In this document: positions 9,659-18,493 of the stretch, piece by piece
How the letters are laid out: the number at the start of each line of letters is the position of its first letter
How positions within the stretch are numbered: the stretch's first letter is position 1
Virus record (IMG/VR): IMGVR_UViG_3300029288_000129
Coordinates: 25,810-89,809 of that record
Source: a virus
Taxonomy: Duplodnaviria; Caudoviricetes
Strand: one strand, 5' to 3'
Length of the DNA stretch: 64,000 nt
Position numbers and translations under genes: made by a program
The notes under the pieces: generated by a model
What the model saw: only the letters and a program-made list of their open reading frames with translations
What the model was told of the DNA's origin: nothing
Database searches by the model: none

Positions 9659-10352
9659 TCGGTTGTCTCTGCCCTTCGGCGACGACACGATTCTGCTGAT
9701 ACACGGCGACGACGCTTATGTGGACCCTTACGCTCTTGCCGCTGCGGTGGGCTTCGATTCCGCTGCGGTCCGGGCCCGAGTCTCAGCGGAGCCGTTTTGT
9801 CGCGCCACGCGCCGTTTCCGCGACATGGATACGGGACGCGGCACCACTCTTTTGCGCCTCGACTATGCGCAACTGCTTCTGTGCTCTATCCACCCGTCGA
9901 GGGTCAAGGACCGCGATCGCCTGTTGCGGTATCAACTAGAGTTCCGAAACTTCGCGGAGTCCGCGTTGTCGCGAGTGCGGCGACGCACCGAGCCCCCGAC
10001 CAACCTGTGGGACCAACCGCTGCCGCATCGACAACAAATGTTCCCGGAACCGGTCATTGTCCCCGCAAAGGATCCGCGTCGGGCCATCAGCCAACTGTTG
10101 CGGTCCTACTGTCACCGCGCAGAGACAAGCCACGAGATGGCGTGGCGCGACTTGTACCGGGAGGTGCGGTATCGTCTCGGCGTGGATCTGGTGTCGCGGG
10201 CCGAGAACCGAAAAATGGACCGGCTCGATGTGGCGGAACAGATGGGCATCATTGAGAAGGTCTACGCTATCGCCTACGATCTCTTTGCACTGAAAGGCAA
10301 TGCCGTGAGGGCAAGGTTCGGTGCAGTAGTTGTTCACTCTTCGGTGCAGTAG
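9651..10352 (+). CDS. Phage antirepressor (P22 Ant N-terminal-like plus ORF6C-like C-terminal domain)
   Basis: N-terminal AYVDPYALAAAVGFD...LLCSIHPSRVKDRDRLLRYQLE. C-terminal AWRDLYREVRYRLGVDL...RLDVAEQMG. Confidence 0.75.
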   Translation: MYSRLSLPFGDDTILLIHGDDAYVDPYALAAAVGFDSAAVRARVSAEPFCRATRRFRDMDTGRGTTLLRLDYAQLLLCSIHPSRVKDRDRLLRYQLEFRNFAESALSRVRRRTEPPTNLWDQPLPHRQQMFPEPVIVPAKDPRRAISQLLRSYCHRAETSHEMAWRDLYREVRYRLGVDLVSRAENRKMDRLDVAEQMGIIEKVYAIAYDLFALKGNAVRARFGAVVVHSSVQ

Positions 10353-10362
10353 TTGTTCACTC
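10317..10362. repeat. Perfect 23-bp tandem duplication
   Basis: TTCGGTGCAGTAGTTGTTCACTC at 10317-10339 and 10340-10362, at the junction of two convergent operons. Confidence 0.9.
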
Positions 10363-11099
10363 TTTTTCCTCTATGGCCGGAACCAAAGCGGCTTTTTGCT
10401 GCGCCTCTTCCCTCGCCTTTCGTCGCATCTCCGCTATGGCCTCGTCGAAGTTCTCGACCCTTGCGTTTCTCGTCTGTTCCTCGCGACGCTTCACCTCGGC
10501 GTAGACCTCGGGGTTGGCAAAAAATCCGCCGTACTCTATCAGGCTTTTGTCTTCTTCATAGTTTTCTTCGCGGTCCAGCATATCGTTGATGATCGCGTAG
10601 TGCCTACGAATCTTGTATAGCCACGCCGCGCTTACGCCCTTGTCGAGGCCCAACCAATCGGGCGTTACGGCTCCTCCTACTCGGAAGAGTCGCCAGAAAT
10701 AGCGGAAACTTGGTTGGCCAAAGATTTTTTTGCAGACTCTAGTATGCCGCTGAATCGTTGCTCCTGTGCGAGACGCAACTGCTCGTAGGCACTGTAGAGG
10801 AAATCGAGGATTCGAGGCGCGAGTTTACGAAGACTGTCGATTCTCTCGCTACTCGGTAAGTTGCGGATATCCAGAGGACCGATAGATTGTATGTTCTGTG
10901 ACAGTATCGCGATTCGCCGCATCCGCTCATTGTAGACACCGCCGTTGCGTCGCAACATGTCGATCTCTGCCTCGGCCTCGGCTCCGGCCGATGCGAGGTC
11001 AAACACAATGGCATACCGGTCAAATTCGATCCGCGCATTGTAGCGACCCAGCGCGATCAGGTCGAGCAGGTCTTGATGGTCCTGTGTGCTGATACTCAT
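10357..11099 (-). CDS. Tail assembly chaperone pair G/GT joined by a -1 programmed frameshift
   Basis: ORF 11099-10677 contains GCA AAA AAA TCT (slippery A AAA AAA at 10731-10725). The -1 frame is open and in frame with ORF 10653-10357, giving about 247 aa. Confidence 0.7.
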
Positions 11100-11151
11100 G
11101 GTGATGCCTCCCGTTCAGGGGTGTCTCGGAGCCGTTGCGGGGCTCCGGTGT

Positions 11152-12903
11152 CTATTTCTCCAGCATATCGGCGATAAACTGTATCTTGGCGGGGTCGCCT
11201 TTGTATTTGCGAAGAAGCGCGACCACCTGATTGGTACTCATCTCGCCCTTTTCGGGGATAATGTCGTTTTCGGGGATAAACACCATCACCTCGCTGGCCT
11301 TCACCTTGCGCCGCGCCTCTGCGTCGATACGAGCCACTTCCTCGTCCGGCGTGTTGATGGCCTCGTGGAGCATGGTCAGGGCAAAGTCGTCGGCGGCTTC
11401 GGGTTCGACCCCGAGGTCTCCGGCGATCTCGCGGAACTCTAGGGCCGACATGGGCCGCTCCGATATCTCTTCGATCAGTTTCTCGGCGGCTTCATCCGGT
11501 ATGTCGGATACCGGCTCCGGCGCGTCTTCGGCGCGGGTGCGCATGGCGGTGACATTGCCGCCCACCTTTTCGATAGCAGCGCGGAGTTCATTCCCGAGTT
11601 GTTTCAGTTGCGACTCGAACCACTGTATCTTTTCATCTTTCGACTTTTTGCCTATACTCGAAGCAATAGCAATTTGAGTCGTTGACAACTCGGCTTTTTT
11701 CAGAGCCGCAAGCATCTGTTTGATGATTGCTTTGTCATCCCCCTCGGCCTTCACCTTGCGGTTGCCCTCTGTAGTGATGCCTTCCGGCTTCTCGGTGGGC
11801 GACGCAAAGCCGCTATAGACCAGCGTGATCGAACGACCGTTGGCAAGTTCCTCGACAAAACCTTTGACGGCGTAATCGGCGAACCACCACACATTGCCGG
11901 TATAAAATTCGCCGTGTTCATCGTAATCGCCGTCGCCGACAAGAAGCCCGTCTGTTAATGCCCCGACATCCTCTGGCTGAACCGCTGTATACCCGTTGCC
12001 AAAAGCGCCGGAAGTGGATGGACCATCAAAGAGGTCATATATTTTATCGTCACCGGCACGCCCTTCTTCGTCAAGCATTTCTTTGATGTCGCCTATGTTC
12101 TCGGGATTGGCCGTCACCTTGATGTCTCCGTTTGGCTGATGCTCAAATCGGAGATATCCATAGTTGCGGGCTCCGCTTTTCGGCGGTTCCCACTCATCTT
12201 CGGCCTTCGCCCGCATCGCCGCCTCGATCTTGCCGGGAAGCGCATCCAGAAGCGACCGTGCGTGGCCCCTCGCCTCCTTCTCGTTGTCGTACATGCCAAA
12301 CACTTCCTTCGCGTCAAGGCCACCCTTGAACTGCCGCTGAAGTTCCTCGACATTGGCAGAGAACAGAATGTCGCTGATCTCGCTTTCCGGATTCGGATAC
12401 ATGACGACCCACACGCGGTCGATCCGTGCGGCTTCCACATGATCTTTATTGTCTCTGGCCCATGCTTCCGCATCTTCCGACTTGGAGAACTCTTCCATGA
12501 CTTTGCCATCGGGGGCTTTAACCTGCCACTTGCCGGAACCTTTGTCCTGCGCGATCTTCCATTTGTTTATGGTCTTGGCCGCTTCCGTTTTTTCCTTCTT
12601 GTCCTTGTCGCCGCTCAGCCGCTTCTGATAGTGATCGGCCTGATGCTCTCTCTCGCCGTTGCTGGGGCTACGGTACGGGTCCGCTTTGCCCCACACCGCG
12701 TCCATCGCCATCTGTTTCAGCGCGTCGAGTACGGTGATGCGCGGATAGTTCTGAGTCATCCAGATGCGGAAGTCGTGACGACCCGGATTCTGAACGCCCT
12801 TGTCCTTACAGAACTTCGCCCATTCCTTGGCAATGCGCTCAAGGTTCTCGCGCTCATACGAGGTGTTGGGGTCGTACTTTTTCTCAGCCGCTTGCGTCTT
12901 CAT
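11152..12903 (-). CDS. Multi-segment virion/internal head protein
   Basis: 583-aa ORF with segments delimited by KTQAA/KTEAA/KIEAA/RKVKA motifs. Confidence 0.8.
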   Translation of the reverse strand: MKTQAAEKKYDPNTSYERENLERIAKEWAKFCKDKGVQNPGRHDFRIWMTQNYPRITVLDALKQMAMDAVWGKADPYRSPSNGEREHQADHYQKRLSGDKDKKEKTEAAKTINKWKIAQDKGSGKWQVKAPDGKVMEEFSKSEDAEAWARDNKDHVEAARIDRVWVVMYPNPESEISDILFSANVEELQRQFKGGLDAKEVFGMYDNEKEARGHARSLLDALPGKIEAAMRAKAEDEWEPPKSGARNYGYLRFEHQPNGDIKVTANPENIGDIKEMLDEEGRAGDDKIYDLFDGPSTSGAFGNGYTAVQPEDVGALTDGLLVGDGDYDEHGEFYTGNVWWFADYAVKGFVEELANGRSITLVYSGFASPTEKPEGITTEGNRKVKAEGDDKAIIKQMLAALKKAELSTTQIAIASSIGKKSKDEKIQWFESQLKQLGNELRAAIEKVGGNVTAMRTRAEDAPEPVSDIPDEAAEKLIEEISERPMSALEFREIAGDLGVEPEAADDFALTMLHEAINTPDEEVARIDAEARRKVKASEVMVFIPENDIIPEKGEMSTNQVVALLRKYKGDPAKIQFIADMLEK

Positions 12904-12913
12904 GCCGATCTCC

Positions 12914-13246
12914 CTATTCTATGGTGTTTGGTGTCACTTCGACATTGCAACTCACGATAGCACCGGCACCACCTGCCGGAGTGAACACCATCTTGAGTTT
13001 CGGGTACCGCCACGAGTATATCTTCACCGGATGAATCGTTGCGCCGCCCGTGATCGGCAATGCATCGAACTGTTCATACGCGCCGCCGAGTTCCTTGTAC
13101 ATGGTCAGAACGCCATCGGTATCCGACATGAACGATATGGATATCCCCTTGGCGTAGTAGGGAATCTCTATCTCGGGGCTGGCCCATGTCGCGGCAGGCG
13201 CGATCACGGAATCTTGGAGATCATAAGGTGCGATAAAAATAGTCAC
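12914..13246 (-). CDS. Hypothetical beta-rich protein
   Basis: 110 aa, RBS AAGGAGG, GTG start. Confidence 0.7.
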   Translation of the reverse strand: MTIFIAPYDLQDSVIAPAATWASPEIEIPYYAKGISISFMSDTDGVLTMYKELGGAYEQFDALPITGGATIHPVKIYSWRYPKLKMVFTPAGGAGAIVSCNVEVTPNTIE

Positions 13247-13396
13247 GAAAGCCTCCTTCTATAAGACGATAATATGTTATCTGTTTTTGTTGCTTTTGCA
13301 ATCTTTCTAACCTTTTTTTCACACTTATGTGATCGTATGGTGCGATCTGACAACAATCACAACCGAAGCCATAATTGCTTTGCTCGTTGGTGCGTT

Positions 13397-14629
13397 TCAT
13401 CGTAGCACCTCCGAAACTGGCCGTGCCAGACGGCCCCAATCAAGAACCACATTGTGATCCCCAATCGCCTTTCTCATTATGTTTAATGCGCCGTTGACAT
13501 CGGCGTGTATCTGCTTCCCTGTAGAAGAGACAAATAATCCACGGTGTCTTCTCTTGCCGAGATACGGTTCGCGATGTTCGATGGGTTCAAGCGCAAGCGC
13601 ATCACACTTGCTGGTATGCGATTCTTTCTGCTCCACAACATCAATGCAAAACAATCCAGCCTTATACTTGATTTGGTCAATCAAGCGAGCATGAGGCATC
13701 TGCATAAATTTCTGATTGCAGCAATCGCCCATGTGGATGTTTTCCTTCCAGCCCTTGTTTTTGCCAACCACTATTGTGCCGATGTCGTTTTCTTTGCAAT
13801 AGTCAATTATGCAGCACGATGTTTTATGAAGAAAATCTCGAACTCGGTTGTTTCGCTTTAATGACACTTGTTGCAACTGCCGCGTTTTTCCTTTGCCTCC
13901 CGGCAAGCATGACTCAAGAAATGCCTTGCGCTTACTATACCATTGATTCTCGGCTTTCACTCTCCCGCCCTTGACTACAATCGGCTGTCTCTCGCCGGTG
14001 TTGTCTACCATAGTTACGAGATTTGCGACTCCCAAATCAATGCCCAGCACTCGCGATTTATCTAACTTTGCATCTTGGACCTCCTTGTTGTAGACTACCT
14101 CTATCCTGTAAACGCTGCCATACGGAAAAACCCATACTTGGCAGACATCTTCTGGCTTTATGTTTGTCTTAATCGGCGGGATAATGTTCTTTGCAAAATA
14201 TATTTTTCCGTTTTTTACTTTAATGCTGTTTTTAGCAAAAACAGCGGGGTGTCGTCCTTTTTCTTTGTCTTTATATTTTGGCGGGCGCGGTCTTTTTTGG
14301 TTTTTCTGTGGATTCTTATGATATTTTTGCGCGGTTCCAAAAAATGATTTCCATGCGCGATCTACCGAAAAAATTGTTTGTTGCGCAACGGCGGATGGCA
14401 ATGCGCGATAGTCAGGTTGATCTTCTCGCGCATATTGACTCATCAAATCAAACTTGCGCGGCATTGGCAATCGTTCTCTAATTCCCGCATTGTGTCGCTC
14501 CAAATTCTCAAAATAAATTTTTCGGTAATGGTAATTTACCGCATTGTAAAGATTCTTGGTCTTAAAACAAAGATCGTCTATTTCTTTTCCTTTTTTGCGC
14601 TTGATTTGATGAGTTTCCGATAACTTCAT
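13397..14629 (-). mobile_element. tnpB: IS200/IS605-family TnpB (stand-alone, no tnpA)
   Basis: 410 aa: KNLYN, RuvC-I GIDLGVANL, IVVGKNKGWK, ESHTSKC, RuvC-III HADVNGALNI. More AT-rich than its flanks. Confidence 0.92.
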
Positions 14630-14661
14630 TTTTTCAAAACAGCCTCTTCCTACAAAAAAGT

Positions 14662-14697
14662 CTAACCCTATGATAAGGAAAAGAAAAGTATAGGCAA
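14662..14697 (-). promoter_or_regulatory. sigma70-like promoter for tnpB
   Basis: TTGCCT (14697-92), 16 nt, TATCAT (14675-70), followed by AGGGTTAG as at the 7084 promoter. Confidence 0.55.
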
Positions 14698-14714
14698 GTT
14701 TTTACGATGCGAAA

Positions 14715-15047
14715 CTATTGCTTGTTGGCTCCGGCCGTGGTGGTGCCGCTGATGTGGATTTCGGTGGTGCAGGTATAGTCGCGGGGACCATAGATGACGG
14801 GACCGCATCCATAGCAGACCACTATGCCGGGAGGATACGGCGACGGGCAGGGAATCGTGTCGGGCCACGGATACGGTTTTTGTTCCACCGGCGGCTTTTC
14901 CGGCCTCGGAATATAGAGATCGTCTTCCTCGTTGTCCACCGCTTCGAGCAGTTTGGTGAGCAGTGCCAGCACCCGTGCATCCACGGCCCGCGAGAGCCGC
15001 AACACCACGCTGTCGCCTTCCATCCGTTCTATTCGTGATTTTTCCAT
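14715..15047 (-). CDS. Hypothetical protein, Pro/Cys-rich C-terminus
   Basis: RBS AGGAGG, then ATG 15047 (MEKSRIERM...). Confidence 0.65.
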   Translation of the reverse strand: MEKSRIERMEGDSVVLRLSRAVDARVLALLTKLLEAVDNEEDDLYIPRPEKPPVEQKPYPWPDTIPCPSPYPPGIVVCYGCGPVIYGPRDYTCTTEIHISGTTTAGANKQ

Positions 15048-15057
15048 CCTTGTCCTC

Positions 15058-15942
15058 CTAGTAAGACCAAGTGTAGGAACCGCTCCAATACGATGCCGAG
15101 GTGGTGGCGAGGCCACGCCACGCATACATGATCGGCCACTTGCGCCGACTAAATCCGGCTATCGCGCTACCCGCCTCTGACTTCTTCACCGCCGCCGCGC
15201 CTTCCTTCGCCTCTTTCAACGCGACATCGTACATTCTCAGATACTTCTCATACTTTTGTTGCGACAAACTGTGGGTGTCCGATATCTGTAGGTCGTTGTC
15301 AACGAAGTTTCGAGCCTTCGCAAACATCAGCATGGCCACGGCGTACTGTTGCACGATCCATTCGTAACTGGTCGGAAGAGACGACATGGTAAATTCGTCG
15401 CGACGCGGCCCCTGCACATTGATGAACTGTATCGCATCTGCGATAAAACCCAACACGGTCTGGGCCCGAAACTTGAGATACGGGCCTGCCGCCGCGATAT
15501 AGTCCTCAACATCGGTATCCGCGACTTGGTTCAAGACGCGGTGTGCGATGCGGTCGTAACGCGACAGAGCCGTTATCTCTATCACGCCGTCGAGCCTCAA
15601 GTTTATTGCCTCTGTGCCCAGCATCGTTTGGCCCAGAAATATCACTTCGTACCAACCATCTTCGATGCTCGTGGGGTCAATGTCCACACTATAGACTGTA
15701 TTCCCGCTGAGGGGCGGCACGAGAGTCCATGTCGTAAAGTCGGTTCCTATCGGTGTTGAACCGGGGGCGCGGAACGGCACATAGGATTCACTGTCCTTGC
15801 GCCGCAACCGCACCCGTGGATTCGTAACCGTTATCGCAATATCGTCGCGGGTGAACTGACACCGCAGAGTAAAGACATCGCCTTCCAACCGTTGTTCCGA
15901 TGCCAGTTGGGACGGCCCCGTAACCGTAGTGCTCTGCGTCAT
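15058..15942 (-). CDS. Probable head-tail adaptor/neck protein
   Basis: N-terminal Ig-like part. The C-terminal FINVQGP...AVAMLMFAKARNFVDNDLQISD...SLSQQKY resembles myovirus adaptor proteins. Confidence 0.55.
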   Translation of the reverse strand: MTQSTTVTGPSQLASEQRLEGDVFTLRCQFTRDDIAITVTNPRVRLRRKDSESYVPFRAPGSTPIGTDFTTWTLVPPLSGNTVYSVDIDPTSIEDGWYEVIFLGQTMLGTEAINLRLDGVIEITALSRYDRIAHRVLNQVADTDVEDYIAAAGPYLKFRAQTVLGFIADAIQFINVQGPRRDEFTMSSLPTSYEWIVQQYAVAMLMFAKARNFVDNDLQISDTHSLSQQKYEKYLRMYDVALKEAKEGAAAVKKSEAGSAIAGFSRRKWPIMYAWRGLATTSASYWSGSYTWSY

Positions 15943-15953
15943 CAGTCCCTCCC

Positions 15954-16814
15954 TTATTCGATACCCGCCGCTGTCGCCGCATCAAGAATTTCCTGATCCG
16001 GATCCGCTCCGGCCTCGGCCTCGTTTATCTCGTGTTCGCGCTTCACCTGTTGGGTCAGCCGTTTCATGTACCAATCGTTCTTGAGATTGATCTCGACCTG
16101 AAACTTGCCTTCCTTCGTCTTGCTGCCCATTGAATCCACGACTTCCTTGGGGCTGACCTTGCCGTCCCAATAGCCGTGACGCACCATCTGTTTCGGCGAC
16201 AGGCGACCCAATACGAGGATTTTCTGCGCCGCCAGTAGCGTGAGGCGGTTGCTGCGGTACAGATCGTTGGGGGTCTTAAAGGTCACCGACTCGCCGTTCA
16301 CGAAAACTTCGCCGAGTTTGTCGAGCCTCTTCACCTCGCCGGGGCTGAACACCATCGCAGTGCTCGGGTCGTTTTTGTCCATCCACACATCGCTGACCAC
16401 GATCATGTGGTCCGCGTAGCGGTTCGACAGGTATAGGCCCGAGGGGTCCGTGTCTTCTCGTGTCCCCACCGTGCCGCTCCTTGCCTCGGAGGCACGACGC
16501 TGCGCCTCCGCCGCGAAATCTTCGGGGCTCTCGGGAACCACATGCTCCTGCGCCTCTTTCTCGGCCAGAGCCATAACGGGAATCTTCGTCTCGTCAACGC
16601 CTTTCCGCGTCGAAACTTGCTGCTGCTTCTTTGCCATAACGGCCTCCTTCAATAAAGGGTGATCCAGCATCGGCACTTGTGTCACCACGAGACTATACGG
16701 GTCTCGGGTAAACTCTTCGGCAACCCCATGCTTCCTCAGTTTACGGGCCAATCCCGGATTGGCATAACCGATCACCTGATTCTGCATCGAATAGATTGGA
16801 ATCGCCGCCATCAA
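15954..16814 (-). CDS. Hypothetical protein
   Basis: 286-aa ORF, first gene after the late-type promoter. Confidence 0.75.
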   Translation of the reverse strand: MMAAIPIYSMQNQVIGYANPGLARKLRKHGVAEEFTRDPYSLVVTQVPMLDHPLLKEAVMAKKQQQVSTRKGVDETKIPVMALAEKEAQEHVVPESPEDFAAEAQRRASEARSGTVGTREDTDPSGLYLSNRYADHMIVVSDVWMDKNDPSTAMVFSPGEVKRLDKLGEVFVNGESVTFKTPNDLYRSNRLTLLAAQKILVLGRLSPKQMVRHGYWDGKVSPKEVVDSMGSKTKEGKFQVEINLKNDWYMKRLTQQVKREHEINEAEAGADPDQEILDAATAAGIE

Positions 16815-16855
16815 GCGCCTCTCGCCAGACCTCGGACACCTTGTCCGGTATCGCT

Positions 16856-16923
16856 ATACTACGCCGAATCGTTTGGCGTGTCAATTTTCTCCGTATTTTC
16901 GGCTAGTTGCGAAATTTTTGCTA
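16856..16923 (-). promoter_or_regulatory. Late-type promoter with upstream 17-bp palindrome
   Basis: TTGACA (16884-79), 17 nt, TAGTAT (16861-56). TTGCGAAATTTTTGCTA at 16907-16923. Confidence 0.75.
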
Positions 16924-17054
16924 GTATTTAATGCCGCGCTTGTGGTGTCTGCTTGCAAACACCACTACAGGTAGCGGTACAAATAATCTTTACTTTTATC
17001 TTGCTTTATGCCAAATAATGCGTAGTGTCGATTGTAGCGAACGGAGGTTTTCTC

Positions 17055-17309
17055 ATGGATATGGCTCTTATGACGATTAAAGACGCGGCTGAGTATTGCC
17101 GAGTCACAACCGATGGAATTTACCTGTGGCGATACACCGAATGGTTTCCGATCTTCTCGATTCAGCCGCCTCGTTACGAAAAAAACGCGGCCAACGAATG
17201 GTTACAGAAGCGACCCATCGGTGGTTACAAGGAAAAACCTGATCTTGATTGCTATTCGTATTGCACCACCGACCCTAAGTCGGACAATAGAAAGCAACTG
17301 GCGGAGTAG
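17055..17309 (+). CDS. Small HTH protein (excisionase/MerR-like)
   Basis: LMTIKDAAEYCRVTTDGIYLWR. RBS GGAGG at 17043-47. Confidence 0.65.
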   Translation: MDMALMTIKDAAEYCRVTTDGIYLWRYTEWFPIFSIQPPRYEKNAANEWLQKRPIGGYKEKPDLDCYSYCTTDPKSDNRKQLAE

Positions 17310-17312
17310 TTC

Positions 17313-17555
17313 GTGGAGTTCAAAACAAAACTTGGCTCCGCGATAGGCACTATCATTGACACGGCGACCGGCGCATTTTCTTCTGATGATGCGGTAGAAA
17401 CTCTGGAAGGACTTGCCGACGACCTTCTTATCATCGCGGCTGACACCATGAAGGGACCGGACATGGATGATCTGCGGCAAGATTTTATTGATGATATGGT
17501 TGCCTACGCTCTTGATAAACTAAAAAACAGGCCCGGTGGAACACGACCCCGATAG
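17313..17555 (+). CDS. Hypothetical acidic protein
   Basis: 80 aa, packed in the operon. Confidence 0.55.
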   Translation: MEFKTKLGSAIGTIIDTATGAFSSDDAVETLEGLADDLLIIAADTMKGPDMDDLRQDFIDDMVAYALDKLKNRPGGTRPR

Positions 17556-17563
17556 GAGGACTG

Positions 17564-18493
17564 ATGCATCGCTACGACTGGGAGCCGGAAAAGTATATGG
17601 TTGACACCGCGCATCTTGACGAGATCGAGGATTTGGTTTATCGTCGTCTTTTGGATTACGCATATCTTTTAGAGACTCCTTTGCCAAACAACATTGCCGA
17701 CATAACTAAAAAAATACGGCTTGGAAAGAATCGCATTGACACTGTTTCTGCTGTTTTGCATGAGTTTTTTTATCTAAAAAAATATGCTGAAAACGATATT
17801 GAGAAGGATGGGTGGGCTCACAAAAAGGTTGAGTTGGTGCTTGAAAAAATATATCAACGCAGTGATAAGGCTAGAGAATCTGCAAATGCAAAGTGGGCTA
17901 AATGGTATCGCGCAAATCCTGCGAACGCAGAGCGAACGCAGAGCGAACGCAGAGCGAACGCTATGCAAACGCAATGCGATGGCTCTGCGAATGCTCTGCT
18001 TATTCAAGTACTCAAGTACCCAAAGACTCAAATACTCAAAGACAAAGATAAAAATAATGGGGATACAGTATCGTCTCCTAGCGGAGACTCACCCCCGCAG
18101 CAACAAAAACTTTTTCCCGAAACACAACGGACATTAATTCCATACGATGAGATTGTGAACGAATATAATCGAATTTGCATCAGTCTGCGAAAGTGTCGTC
18201 CACATCTGTCCGATGTGCGGAAGAAAGGGGTTGCAAAAATATATCGATTGCTGGATAACGATATGGATCAAATCAGACTTTTGTTTACAAAGGCCCAAAA
18301 CTCTGCTTTCTGCCGAGGCGAAAGGCCCAACGAAAAGCATCCAAATTTTCAAGCAGATTTTGCATGGCTTATGAAAGAAGAGCCTGCGTTGAGAACACTT
18401 GAGGGTAAATACGACGACAAGAACCCCTACGATTCAGTAGATGAGTTCGGCGAGTCAAAGATGGAGGAAGAAGATGATCGACACCATGAGTGA
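17564..18493 (+). CDS. Phage replication initiator, DUF1376/YdaU-like
   Basis: N-terminal DTAHLDEIEDLVYRRLLDYAY...PLP, C-terminal QADFAWLMK...LEGKYD, internal iterons, and an adjacent DnaC-like gene. Confidence 0.8.
   Translation: MHRYDWEPEKYMVDTAHLDEIEDLVYRRLLDYAYLLETPLPNNIADITKKIRLGKNRIDTVSAVLHEFFYLKKYAENDIEKDGWAHKKVELVLEKIYQRSDKARESANAKWAKWYRANPANAERTQSERRANAMQTQCDGSANALLIQVLKYPKTQILKDKDKNNGDTVSSPSGDSPPQQQKLFPETQRTLIPYDEIVNEYNRICISLRKCRPHLSDVRKKGVAKIYRLLDNDMDQIRLLFTKAQNSAFCRGERPNEKHPNFQADFAWLMKEEPALRTLEGKYDDKNPYDSVDEFGESKMEEEDDRHHE
17921..18058. repeat. Iteron-like 11-bp repeats plus AT-rich 8-bp repeats; probable replication origin
   Basis: Seven 11-bp units (GCGAACGCAGA x3, GCGAACGCTAT, GCAAACGCAAT, GCGATGGCTCT, GCGAATGCTCT) at 17921-17997, then ACTCAAGT/ACCCAAAG/ACTCAAAT/ACTCAAAG and an A-rich run. 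Confidence 0.75.

Noticed and set aside
11116-11150. Hairpin CGGAGCC...GGCTCCG between the 583-aa gene and the chaperone gene
   Set aside because: It has no U-tract, so it is not called as a terminator; its function is unclear.
13221-13400. 59-aa ORF coupled to the tnpB stop (MKRTNEQ...)
   Set aside because: It has no RBS or recognisable motif, overlaps the next gene, and coincides with hairpins better explained as omegaRNA. Left uncalled.
16942-16965. Inverted repeat GTGGTGT-N10-ACACCAC in the divergent control region
   Set aside because: It is a single 7-bp dyad with no second copy noticed. It could be an operator but cannot be supported.
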